A DNA stretch of 64,000 bases, taken from Octopus vulgaris. Its lineage: Eukaryota. The stretch lies in NCBI GenBank assembly GCA_951406725.2, contig OX597842.1, positions 18,972,001-19,036,000 on the forward strand, given 5' to 3'. The notes under the pieces were generated by a model, which saw nothing but the letters and a program-made list of their open reading frames with translations, was not told where the DNA came from and ran no database searches. The position numbers and the translations under genes were made by a program. Below, piece after piece: positions 42,430 to 53,775 of the stretch (positions within the stretch are counted from its first letter, which is position 1; each line of letters opens with the position of its first letter).

Positions 42430-42911
42430 TTAATCCTTTTGATACTAACCCGCCTGAAACCGCCTCTGGCTCTGAGTACAAATGTCTGGTTTTCATAAGT
42501 TTTGAATTAAAATCTTCCACCAAACCTTAGTCACAATTTATGTTCCTAACACTAGCTTAATGATAACTAAGTTATTTTACTAAATTCTTTGTTATATTTA
42601 AAATTAATTGAAAGAAACACAGAGCATCTCGACAGAATATGGGAACAAAAGGCTTAAAATATATAATAGAGAAACAATTCTTAACCCTTTTGATATCAAC
42701 CCGGCTGAAACCGGCTCTGACCTCTGTAGTACAAATGTCTTGTTTTCATAAGTTTTGAATTAAAATCTTCAACCAAACCTTAGTCACAATTTATGTTCCT
42801 AACACTAGCTTAATGATAACTAAGTTATTTTACTAAATTCTTTGTTATATTTAAAATTAATTGAAAGAAACACAGAGTATCTCAACAGAAATATGGTAAC
42901 AAAAGGGTTAA
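42430..42911. mobile_element. Two tandem piggyBac-like MITEs (~225 bp)
   Basis: TTAA|CCCTTTTG...CAAAAGGG|TTAA (42685-42907), plus a degenerate copy at 42430-42657. Confidence 0.75.
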
Positions 42912-43160
42912 ATCCTTTTTCTTTAACATTTTTTTCTCGAAATAATTGTTTCAAACATCATTTACACTAACATTGGTGGTTTTTTTTTTCATTTTTGCTT
43001 TTATAAATATGTTGTGTTATTTATTTGGTTTTAGCCAATATGGCTACAATTGTATTACAACAATGCTTCTATCATCATCATCATCATCATCATTTTGACA
43101 GTCTCAAAACGTTTAAGAATCAATGGGTTCTGACAACCAGGATTTTCAAAGTATATATAC

Positions 43161-43195
<35 letters not shown>

Positions 43196-43487
43196 CTCTT
43201 TTACATGTTTCAGTCATTTGACTGTGGCCATGCTGGAGCACCGCCTTTAGTCAAGCAAATCGACCTCGGGACTTATTCTTTGTAAGACCAGTACTTATTC
43301 TATCGGTCTCTTTTGCCGAACCGCTAAGTGACAGGGATGTAAACACACCAGCATCGGTTGTCAAGCAATGCTAGGGGGACAAACACATACATACATATAC
43401 ATATATACTTCTACTATAGCCTTGGGCCAACCAAAGCCTTGAGTGGATTTGGCAGATGGAAACTGAAAGAAGCCCGTCGTATATATG

Positions 43488-43524
<37 letters not shown>

Positions 43525-43956
43525 TGTTTGTCCCCCAACATCGCTTGACACCCAATTCTGGTGTAGTTGCATCCCCGTCACTTAGCAGTTCGGCAAAAGA
43601 GACAGATAGAATAAGTTCTAGGCTTACAAAGAATAAGTCCTGGGGTTGATTTGCTTGACTAAAGGCGGTGCTCCAGCATGGCCGCAGTCAAATGACTGAA
43701 ACAAGTAAAACAGTAGTGTATGTATATATATATATATATATATATATACGTACGTGTGTGTGTGTGTGTATATATATATTTGTGTATACATATGTATATA
43801 TATATGTGTGTGTATATATATATTTGTGTATACATATGTATATATATATGTGTGAGTATATATATATATATATATATACGTGTGTGTGTGTGTGTATATA
43901 TATATATATTTGTGTATACATATGTATACATATGTGTGTGAGTATATCTATATATA

Positions 43957-44250
43957 TCATCATCATCATCGGTTGATATCTGCTTGGATGATTTGACTGA
44001 GGTCTGGCGAACCAGATGGCTGCACCAGACTCCAATCTGATCTGGCAGAATTTCTACACCTGGATGCCCTTCCTAACGCCAACCACTCCGAGAGTGTAGT
44101 GGGTGCTTTTACGTGCCACCGGTACGAGGGTCACTCAAGCAGTACTGGCAACGACCATGCTCAAATTGTGCTTTTTATGTGCCACCTGCACAGGAGCCAG
44201 TCCGGCGGCACTGGCAACGACCTCGCTCAAATGTTTTTTCACGTGCCAGT
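43957..44250. mobile_element. Dispersed repeat family E, probably a SINE/RTE-type tail with (CAT)n; also at ~62410-62600 and ~63240-63590
   Basis: Shared ctccaatctgatct...gccaaccactccgagagtgtag and internal ggcactggcaacgacc repeats. Confidence 0.65.
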
Positions 44251-44525
44251 AGTATTTATATGTATATACATATATATTTATATATATATATATGTATACA
44301 TGATGTGCAACATTTTGGCTAGACATGGCCAGTTTAAATGGTAGATAGTTTTTAACGATTGAACTGAGAACCACATTTTCAATAACCTCTCTCGAAAATT
44401 CCACAGTATAGAACATGTAACTTCATCTCCTGTTAATTAGTATTTAATTATTGTAAAAGAAATAGTAAATAGTCCTGTTGATAAAACGTAAAATCTGAAA
44501 ACGATTTTTTTTGTCATTTTCACAG

Positions 44526-44594
44526 TAGCTGTAGAAGTAAAAGACGTGTGGAATACACATCGAGATCAAAATAAAATCAAAGGTACCCAAAGTG
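44526..44594 (+). CDS. GPI-protein coding exon 2, repeat module 1: (L)AVEVKDVWNTHRDQNKIKGTQS
   Basis: ttttcacag|TAG...G|gtaaga; 69 nt, phase 1-1, open frame. Confidence 0.8.
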
Positions 44595-44664
44595 GTAAGA
44601 AAGTTAATAAACCCTTTTTGAATCCTTTAAATTAGACACTCGCATACATGTGTGTGTATGTAAG

Positions 44665-44710
<46 letters not shown>

Positions 44711-44777
44711 GATTCCTGTTCATCAAACGTAAAATCTGAAATCAGAATTTTTTTTTTTTTTGATTCTTTCACAATAG

Positions 44778-44831
44778 AAGTCAAACTGGGGCCAGACACA
44801 AAAGCAGATGAAACCAAGGATTCCCGAAATG
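44778..44831 (+). CDS. GPI-protein coding exon 3, repeat module 2: (E)VKLGPDTKADETKDSRN
   Basis: ttcacaatag|AAG...G|gtaaga; 54 nt, phase 1-1. Confidence 0.7.
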
Positions 44832-44901
44832 GTAAGAAAGTTTATAAACCCTTTTTGAATCCTTTAAATTAGACACTAACATAAATGTGTGTATATGTAA
44901 G

Positions 44902-44952
<51 letters not shown>

Positions 44953-44960
<8 letters not shown>

Positions 44961-46921
44961 TCAATATAGGGTGGCAAAAAAAATTTTGTAGAATTCTTTT
45001 GCCACCAGCGGCCTAGTAGGAAAAAATTAAATAGTCATAAACCATTTTTACGTTCAACATCACAATCAAGGAACGGCTATAATAGGCCATTCACCCACTA
45101 GAAATAACAGCCAAAAGCTTTAACCGCAAAATAACATTAATTCCGTAAACCAGGAGAAAATTGAAAAACTTTTACCCTGTAATTTCTTAGACGATGCACC
45201 GTTTCATCTACCGTTTAATGGTAAACTAACCTGATTAAATTAAATCAAGCCAATCCACCATAGGCCCTTAGACTCATCAGTAAGAAATAGCCAAGTCGGA
45301 ACAGATATTTTTCACGAGGCATTCCTCTTGCTACCTCGGCAATATCTGACCTAAAATTTTCAAATCGTCGCACTCGCGCCAAATTTATCGGCAGCAAATA
45401 AATATAAGCCACCGATTCCATTACGGAACTAACCAGAAAATTCATAATTAATCAATATAGGGTGGCAAAAAAATTTTGTAGAATTCTTTTGCCACCAGCG
45501 GCCTAGTAGGAAAAAATTAAATAGTCATAAACCATTTTTACGTTCAACATCACAATCAAGGAACGGCCATAATAGGCCATTCACCCACTAGAAATAACAG
45601 CCAAAAGCTTTAACCGCAAAATAACATTAATTCCGTAAACCAGGAGAAAATTGAAAAACTTTTACCCTGTAATTTCTTAGACGATGCACCGTTTCATCTA
45701 CCGTTTAATGGTAAACTAACCTGATTAAATTAAATCAAGCCAATCCACCATAGGCCCTTAGACTCATCAGTAAGAAATAGCCAAGTCGGAACAGATATTT
45801 TTCACGAGGCATTCCTCTTGCTACCTCGGCAATATCTGACCTAAAATTTTCAAATCGTCGCACTCGCATCAAATTTATCGGCAGCAAATAAATATAAGCC
45901 ACCGATTCCATTACGGAACTAACCAGAAAATTCATAATTAATCAATATAGGGTGGCAAAAAAAAATTTTGTAGAATTCTTTTGCCACCAGCGGCCTAGTA
46001 GGAAAAAATTAAATAGTCATAAACCATTTTTACGTTCAACATCACAATCAAGGAACGGCCATAATAGGCCATTCACCCACTAGAAATAACAGCCAAAAGC
46101 TTTAACCGCAAAATAACATTAATTCCGTAAACCAGGAGAAAATTGAAAAACTTTTACCCTGTAATTTCTTAGACGATGCACCGTTTCATCTACCGTTTAA
46201 TGGTAAACTAACCTGATTAAATTAAATCAAGCCAATCCACCATAGGCCCTTAGACTCATCAGTAAGAAATAGCCAAGTCGGAACAGATATTTTTCACGAG
46301 GCATTCCTCTTGCTACCTCGGCAATATCTGACCTAAAATTTTCAAATCGTCGCACTCGCGCCAAATTTATCGGCAGCAAATAAATATAAACCACCGATTC
46401 CATTACGGAACTAACCAGAAAATTCATAATTAATCAATATAGGGTGGCAAAAAAAATTTTGTAGAATTCTTTTGCCACCAGCGGCCTAGTAGGAAAAAAT
46501 TAAATAGTCATAAACCATTTTTACGTTCAACATCACAATCAAGGAACGGCCATAATAGGCCATTCACCCACTAGAAATAACAGCCAAAAGCTTTAACCGC
46601 AAAATAACATTAATTCCGTAAACCAGGAGAAAATTGAAAAACTTTTACCCTGTAATTTCTTAGACGATGCACCGTTTCATCTACCGTTTAATGGTAAACT
46701 AACCTGATTAAATTAAATCAAGCCAATCCACCATAGGCCCTTAGACTCATCAGTAAGAAATAGCCAAGTCGGAACAGATATTTTTCACGAGGCATTCCTC
46801 TTGCTACCTCGGCAATATCTGACCTAAAATTTTCAAATCGTCGCACTCGCGCCAAATTTATCGGCAGCAAATAAATATAAGCCACCGATTCCATTACGGA
46901 ACTAACCAGAAAATTCATAAT
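44953..46921 (-). mobile_element. Four-copy tandem array of a ~491-bp unit, each with a hammerhead ribozyme (non-LTR retrozyme / Penelope pLTR-like), antisense within an intron
   Basis: Unit spacing 490, 492 and 491 bp, nearly identical; begins at (TA)n. Confidence 0.9.
45182..45288 (-). ncRNA. Type I hammerhead ribozyme with extended stem II; copies at 45672-45778, 46164-46270 and 46655-46761
   Basis: AUUUCUUA CUGAUGA GUCUA...UAGAU GAAA CGGUGCAUCG UC|UAAGAAAU. 8-bp stem I; 19-bp stem II extension with 7 G-U pairs that form only on this strand. Confidence 0.92.
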
Positions 46922-47620
46922 TATACATGCATATATAAATATATATACGTGAGTACAGGACACTACAACTAGATGTAGAACTCAACGAGAAACGAAAAAG
47001 CAAAAACAAGCATGGAACAGACCGTTTTTTTAACAACGAAAAAACAGAGTACAAGACAACTACACAAGGAAAAATCCCCTTCATCAGCTGTCACTAGTTC
47101 AACTCCAGCGTGTTTCGAAGGTGAGGACAGAACACGACTCGTCGAACTAGTCCTTCCTGCGAAAGAATTAAATAAAATTCCTTTGCAGAGGGGTAAAAAC
47201 AAGGAAAAAGAATTGTGACAAAAACAGGACGTAAAAACAATACAATTAAAAACAAATACAAAATATATATATATAATGTATGTTTGTAGGTATGCAAAAT
47301 GGCGTCTTCTTTCTGTCAATCCCTCTATACCAAATCCACTCACTTTGGTTGTCTCTGGGCTATAATTACTATTTAATTATTAGAACAGAAATAGTAAATA
47401 CTAGCACCATGTCATGGTAGCGCTGGGTCATAGTGCTAGTGCATGCATATACACGTGAGTGCTGTCCAAATCTGTTAATTACATATAATTATTGTAACAG
47501 AAATAAAGGCGGTGCTCCAGCATGGCCGCTGTCAAATGACTGAAACAAGTAAAAAGAGAGTAAATAGTCCAGTTGATAAAATGTAAAATCTGAAAAGAAT
47601 TTTTTTTTTCATTTTCACAG

Positions 47621-47695
47621 TAGCTGTAGAAGAATCAACCTCCAGCGTGTATGATATACATCGAAATGCAGATGAAACCAAAGGTTCCCGAAATG
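47621..47695 (+). CDS. GPI-protein coding exon 4, repeat module 3: (V)AVEESTSSVYDIHRNADETKGSRN
   Basis: ttttcacag|TAG...G|gtaaga; 75 nt, phase 1-1. Confidence 0.8.
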
Positions 47696-47924
47696 GTAAG
47701 AAAGTTAATAAACCCTTTCTGAATCCTTTAAATTAGACACTCATATAAATGTGTGTGTATTTAAGTCTCTCTATCTATCTATCTATCTATCTATATATAT
47801 ATATATATATAATAGATTAATAAATAAAACATAGGAACGCACGCATCCATTTCGAAGTAAGATTGTTCTTGATATTAATAATGATGCGCACTCTTGACCT
47901 TTCTCAGCCTTCATTCTTTCTGGT

Positions 47925-48346
47925 TTCCTTGTTTTCATAAGTTTTGAATTAAAATCTTCCACCAAACCTTAGTCACAATTTATGTTCCTAACACTAGCTA
48001 AATGGTAACTAAGTTATTTTACTAAATTCTTCGTTATATTTAAAGTAATTGAAAGAAACACAGAGCATCTTGACAGAAATATGGTAAGAAAAGGGTTAAA
48101 ATATATAATAGAGAAACAATTCTTAACCCTTTTGATACCAACCTGGCTGAAACCACCTCTGACCCTGTAGTACAAATGTCTTGTTTTCATAAGTTTTGAA
48201 TTAAAATCTTCCACCAAACCTTAGTCACAATTTATGTTCCTAACACTAGCTTAATGATAACTAAGTTATTTTACTAAATTCTTTGTCATATTTAAAAGTA
48301 ATTGAAAGAAACACAGCATCTCAAAATATAGTAACGAAAGGGTTAA
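47925..48346. mobile_element. piggyBac-like MITE pair (partial plus full 48127-48342), duplicate of 42430-42911
   Basis: Same TTAA/CCC ends and nearly the same spacer. Confidence 0.75.
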
Positions 48347-48495
48347 GGAAGGTTAAAGAGCTAGAAATACAAATCGGAGGGGCCACTAGAGCTGTACTTT
48401 GCTTGTAGTGTTGAAATGGCTGCTGGGGGTCAATTTAGGATTTTGTTGCTAAAATTTCTGTTTAATTAATTCCTTATAGTTTTATTATACTATAA

Positions 48496-49015
48496 GGTGC
48501 AGGAGGGGCTGTGTGGAAAGTAGCTTGGTTACCAACCACATGGTTCCAGGTTCAGTCCCACTGTGTGGCACCTTGGGCAAGTATCTTCTACTATAGCTTC
48601 AGGCTGACCAAAGCCTTGTGAGTGGATTTGGTAGACGGAAACTGAAAAGAAGCCCATCGTATATATATACGAAATCAGCCAAAATTGCTAGGATGATCCA
48701 GTTCTTGACTGAAGATTGAAGGCTTCGAATGTCCCGTCCGTGTTTTTTGTGTCGTCTTCTAAGTGTTTTGCGTTCTTGCCCCAGTTTGTATTTTTCTACA
48801 TATAATAATAAAATATATATATATGTGTGTGTGTGTTTGTGTGTCTATGTTTGTCCCCCCCGATATCGCTTAACAACCGATGCTGGTGTGTTTACGTCCC
48901 CGTAACTTAGCGGTTCAGCAAAAAGAGACCAATAGAATAAGTCCTGGGGTCGATTAGCTCGACTAAAAGCGGTGCTCCAGCATGGCCACAGTCAAATGAC
49001 TGAAAAGAGTAAAAG
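48496..49015 (+). mobile_element. SINE family A with ~140-bp foreign insert in its internal (TA)n
   Basis: Family A head and tail interrupted at ~48669-48805. Confidence 0.8.
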
Positions 49016-49160
49016 AGAATCAGAGGGTCCACTAGAGCTGTACTTTGCTTCTAGTGTTGAAATGGCTATTGGGGGCCAATTTAGGATTTTGTTGCTAAAA
49101 TTTGTTTAATTGCTTATAGTTTTATAAAAGGCAATATATCCAAATATTTTGTTCTTATAG

Positions 49161-49214
49161 GTGGTGAAAGCAGAACTGTTACAATTAGTGGTGGATCTTC
49201 TACTATCAGACCTG
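49161..49214 (+). CDS. GPI-protein coding exon 5, Gly/Ser/Thr linker: (G)GESRTVTISGGSSTIRP
   Basis: gttcttatag|GT...G|gtaagt; 54 nt, phase 1-1. Confidence 0.78.
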
Positions 49215-49279
49215 GTAAGTGGGTTTCCTATTACATTTAGCGTTTGTGGCTAGAAACCTCATTCGTAATTCTTTCTTCA

Positions 49280-49720
49280 ATACCACCCAATCTGTAAAAA
49301 AAAGGCATCTGAAAACCTTAGAAATACCCTACAGTCTAGATGTATTACAAAGGTCAGCATTACTTGGGCCTGCATGCATATTGTTTAAAGTACTGTCTGT
49401 CTGAGGTTCTAGCTGAGACTTGACAAACAGTCCTGCTCGTGTCAGAGCATAAACAGCCACCAGTCTGAGGACACCCCTGTCACTACTGTTCATGTCCAGT
49501 ATCACCAACTTAACTTGAGGGTCTACGAAGATAGGCCCCTCTGGAAAAACACTGCAGTTTCACCTTGTATTCCTGGTTGACATGGAGATAAATAGATCTT
49601 GGAAATGGCCAGAGAGTCTGGTTTCACTGATGGTCACGACATCAACACTTAGTGACCTGAGGTCATTGAGTAGATGGCCCTGTTTCCAAGACAACCCAGG
49701 CCACATGCATTTATACTGCC
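49280..49720. mobile_element. LINE fragments: R4-like C-terminus (+, ~49280-49404) and APE endonuclease N-terminus (-, ~49560-49720)
   Basis: HLKTLEIPYSLDVLQRSALLGPACILFKVLSV*; GLSWKQGHLLNDLRSLSVDVVTISETRL. Confidence 0.6.
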
Positions 49721-49829
49721 TATTCCGAACAAGGCTATATCGGGTTAGACTACGGAAGAAGAAAAGGTTACTCACAGTACTTTTGTGGGGATGGATGTTC
49801 CATCCTCATTGGTATATATGGATGTTTCA

Positions 49830-50435
49830 AGGCAGCAAGCTGGCAGAGACGTTAGCACGGCAGGCGAAATGCTTAGTGGTATTTCGTCCGCCGCTGCGGT
49901 CTGAGTTCAAATTCCGCCGAGGTCGACTTTGCATTTCATCCTTTCGGGGTTGATAAATTAAGTACCAGTTATGCACTTATCCGTTTGTCCCCTCTGTGTT
50001 TAGCCCCTTGTGGGTAGTAAAGAAAACAGGTATATACTCTCTTTACTTGTTTCAGTCATTTGACTGAGGCCATGCTGGAGCACCGCCTTTAGTCAAGCAA
50101 ATCGACCTCGGGACTTATTCTTTGTAAGCCCAGTACTTATTCTATCGGTGTCTTTTGCCGAACCGCTAAGTGACAGGGACATAAACACACCAGCATCGGT
50201 TGTCAAGCAATGCTAGGGAGACAAACACAGACACACAAACACATACTTACATATATATACATACATATATACGACGGGCTTCTCTCAGTTTCCTTTTACC
50301 AAATCCACTCACAAGGCATTGGTCGGCCCGGGGCTATAGCAGAAGACACTTGCTCAAGATACCACGCAGTGGGACTGAACCCGGAACCATGTGGTTGGTT
50401 AGCAAGCTACTTAACACACAGCCACTCCTGCGCCT
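49830..50435. mobile_element. SINE family C (+, ~49830-50030) tail-to-tail with SINE family A (-, ~50036-50435)
   Basis: Matches to the other copies. Confidence 0.85.
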
Positions 50436-51587
50436 ATATATGGATGTTTCTTTATATAGTCTTTTATTGACGTCTCTTCCGAAGGCCCCTACTCAGTCAG
50501 GAAATTTAGTTTTTATGGTATTGAGTCTTGTGATGTTTGGATGACCCCTATGTGTGTGTGATGTCTGTATGGTTATGTGTGTGACCCCTTGGGTCTTTAT
50601 TGTTTGTGTTTATTGCTCTGTAGTTCAGAACGTTTGACCTTTGCTGGTGTTGAGACATTTGGGAGTTGTGTGTGTGAATTGGGTTGTGTGCTTGTGAGGG
50701 TGGTGTCGACGGTAGTGATTGGGGTGATGTTTGTTATTGAAGGTACTAGTGTGGGTGCTGTTGGTGGAAATATTTGTCAATTTGTTTTCAAAGGTGTTTC
50801 CTACCTGTCAGATTTTTGTGTTGATATTTCACCTGTTGACATTTTGCCATTCAGACTCTTTGTCAGCACCATCCCCCTGTGAAGGACACGCCTGGCTGCC
50901 CTAATAGGTGAGGGACAAATTTGTAGGAATTTCTGTTGTTGTTTTTGCTGCTGTTTGCTGTGTGGAAACCCTAAATGTTGGTGAATTCTTTGTTCTGTTG
51001 GCTACTGTTGTTGTTGTTGTTCTTGTTGTTGATTGATAGATATTGCTTTTCCAGCTCTAGTGGTCACCTGCCTCTGCTCTTGTTGTGGTTGTTGTTAAGC
51101 AATATCTTCAATCAGCAACCTCATCATATCATTTACTGTACAATGACTATAATAGCCCTGATGCAGTACCAGGCACTGGGTCTCATGGCTTCTGATCTTA
51201 ACTGATTGGAAGTGTTATCATGTACATTGTTTTGTCTTGGTATAAAAGATGGGCAACAGCAAATATTCTGCTCAATACCACAGATTTGCTTGTCAGTTGT
51301 TTGACCTTAACCAGTTGAGCATGTCCCTTAGTGGCTGACGATACGTGCATCTCTGATCACGAGCAGAAGTAGTGGGGGAGCATCATAGCCATGTGTTGAG
51401 AGGGATTCTTTGGGGTTTGAATAGTTCACCTCTGGAAACATGGGTGGTTCTTTCAACATCCTTAAACAACCCTTATTCAGGGACCGTTTGAGCAGGAGGG
51501 GCTACTCAACCTGAAGAAAATTCTAACTGGGCCCCACCTGCAAGGTCATATGCTGTTTATCTTGATATGAGATCACCATGTCCTAAT

Positions 51588-51932
51588 CATGAAAATAATT
51601 GCAGCGTGGAAGGTGTTTGTAAGCCATTTAAGAAACACACAAAAGCCGTTCGATTCACTTCAACATTTAAGTTTAATTTGTCAAAATATTTTCGTCCCTT
51701 TAAGACCGCCACCTGTTCACTGACAAAAATCTGTGCTGCATCTTGTCAGTGAACAGGTGGCGGTCTTAAAGCGAGGAAAATATTTTGACAAATTAAACTT
51801 AAATGTTGAAGTGAATCGAACGGATTTTATGTGTTTCTTAAATGGCTTATTAACACCTTCCACGCTGCAATTGTTTTCATTCCAGTACACGATCTCAGAT
51901 CAAATCACTTGCTATGCAAGTACATCTCCGTA
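51588..51932. mobile_element. Inverted pair of Penelope-like termini, each with a variant hammerhead-like motif
   Basis: ~51588-51726 is the reverse complement of ~51743-51880; the sequence matches 23370-23525. Confidence 0.7.
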
Positions 51933-53100
51933 ATATTTTTCTAATATTTAAACAAAAATCACAGTTTGTAACTGAACAAGTTCAAAAATTTCTTTTGAAT
52001 TAGTTTTTTTTTTTTTGTTTTGTTTGACTGAATGGATTAGTTAGCTTCATTCTCAAGGATCAACTATCTTTTGAACTATTTAGTTGCTATAGAATGGATT
52101 TGCATTCTCTAGTTTCTTGTTTGAGAAAGAAGAATTCAAAGAGAAAAATATTATCAAGAATAAAAATTGACAGAAACCACTGTCTTTACCAATGCTAGAT
52201 AATCCTTCTATCAGATGCAGGATAATTTACTAATTATTATTAATAATTATTATTATTAATTATTTACTAATTCATTTTTATCATGAGATTTTGGTTTTGG
52301 TTAATTTACTGATTATTCATTTTTATCATAAGATTTTGGTTAATTTATTAATTATAAATAATTTACTAATTATTCATTTTTATCATGAGATTTGAGTTTT
52401 GGTTAATTTACTTTCACCATAGCCCTTAATATTTTCTTGGATGTTTTATCCCCTCCCAATTCTTTATACCAGCCATTTTCATTGTTATGTTAAAATTTTG
52501 AGCCACCAAATTTAATTACACAAGAATGCCAGGAAATCCTTATACAACACTTGTTACGAATTTAATAAATAAGAACGTTTCAGTTTTTTGTTTGAATAAT
52601 GAGGAAATTAATTATATTTAAATAATAAGAAAAATAAATGCGCCCTTTTTAAAGACTAGCCAGGCTCATGGGCCCAGTTTCCCGATTTCTATGGCATGTA
52701 TTCCCCAGCTGGACGGGACGCCAGTCCATCACAGCGTTACTCATTTTTGCCAGCTGAGGGGACTGGTGCAACGTGGAATGAAGTGTTTTGCTCAAGAACA
52801 CAACGCGTCGCCCAGTCCAGGAATCGAAACCACAATTTTACGATCATAGTGCTGACACCCTAACCCAGAAGCCTCCACTATTTAAATAATGTGTAAATCT
52901 ATATGCTGCCCCTGGTAAACGATGGACTGATCCATTTTTGTGCTAAAAAAGTCAGTCCCCTTTGTTAATGCTTCGTAACCTTTCTAAATAATGGACTGAT
53001 CTGAAGAACATTTAATGAATTAGACATAGTAGTCTAAGATATTTGTGTCTGTCGACCCTTTTTCTTACCATGTTCCTGTTTAAATATATTGCCTTTGTTT

Positions 53101-53479
53101 AAGGTGGCGAGCTGGCAGAAACGTTAGCACGCCGGGCGAAATGCTTAGCGGTATTTCGTCTGCCGTTACGTTCTGGGTTCAAATTCCACCGAGGTCGACT
53201 TTGCCTTTCATCCTTTCGGGGCCGATAAATTAAGTACCAGTTATGCACTGGGTCGACATAATCATAATCCGTTTGTCTGTCCCCTCTGTGTTTAGCCCCT
53301 TGTGGGTAGTAAAGAAATAGGTATTTCGTCTGCCGCTACGTTCTGAGTTCAAATTCCGCCGAGGTCGACTTTGCCTTTCATCCTTTCGGGGTCGATAAAA
53401 TAAGTACCAGTTACGCACTGGGGTCGACATAATCCGTTTGTCCCCTCTGTGTTTAGCCCCTTGTGGGTAGTAAAGGAAT
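53101..53479 (+). mobile_element. SINE family C with internal duplication and 17-bp TSD
   Basis: atatattgcctttgttt on both sides. Confidence 0.85.
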
Positions 53480-53775
53480 ATATATTGCCTTTGTTTCAAT
53501 AAATTTTGGAAACAAAGAATTTAGGGGAACAATCTTGCCCTTACTAAGCTAGTGTTTGCAACACAAGTTTATTTGAAGTTTTGATGGAAAGTTTTACTTT
53601 AATGGCGGTGCCCCAGCATGGCCACAGCTCGTGAGCTGAAACTAGATGAAATAAAAAATATTTAGATATCTTTAAAACAAGGTACTATAGAAACAAAGGC
53701 AGTTTTAAACAGGTTGGTATTACTATTTTTTATTAAAAACAAAAGGTATATGTGTTTATTTTTTGTCTTTTGCAG

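Noticed and set aside
45245-46963. Repeated 66-aa ORF in the 491-bp units
   Set aside because: Starts at the unit junction, overlaps the ribozyme and has no recognisable domain.
47070-47125. Possible hammerhead on minus strand (GAAAC...CUGAUGA)
   Set aside because: No stem I or NUH triplet in register and the stem II base is mismatched.
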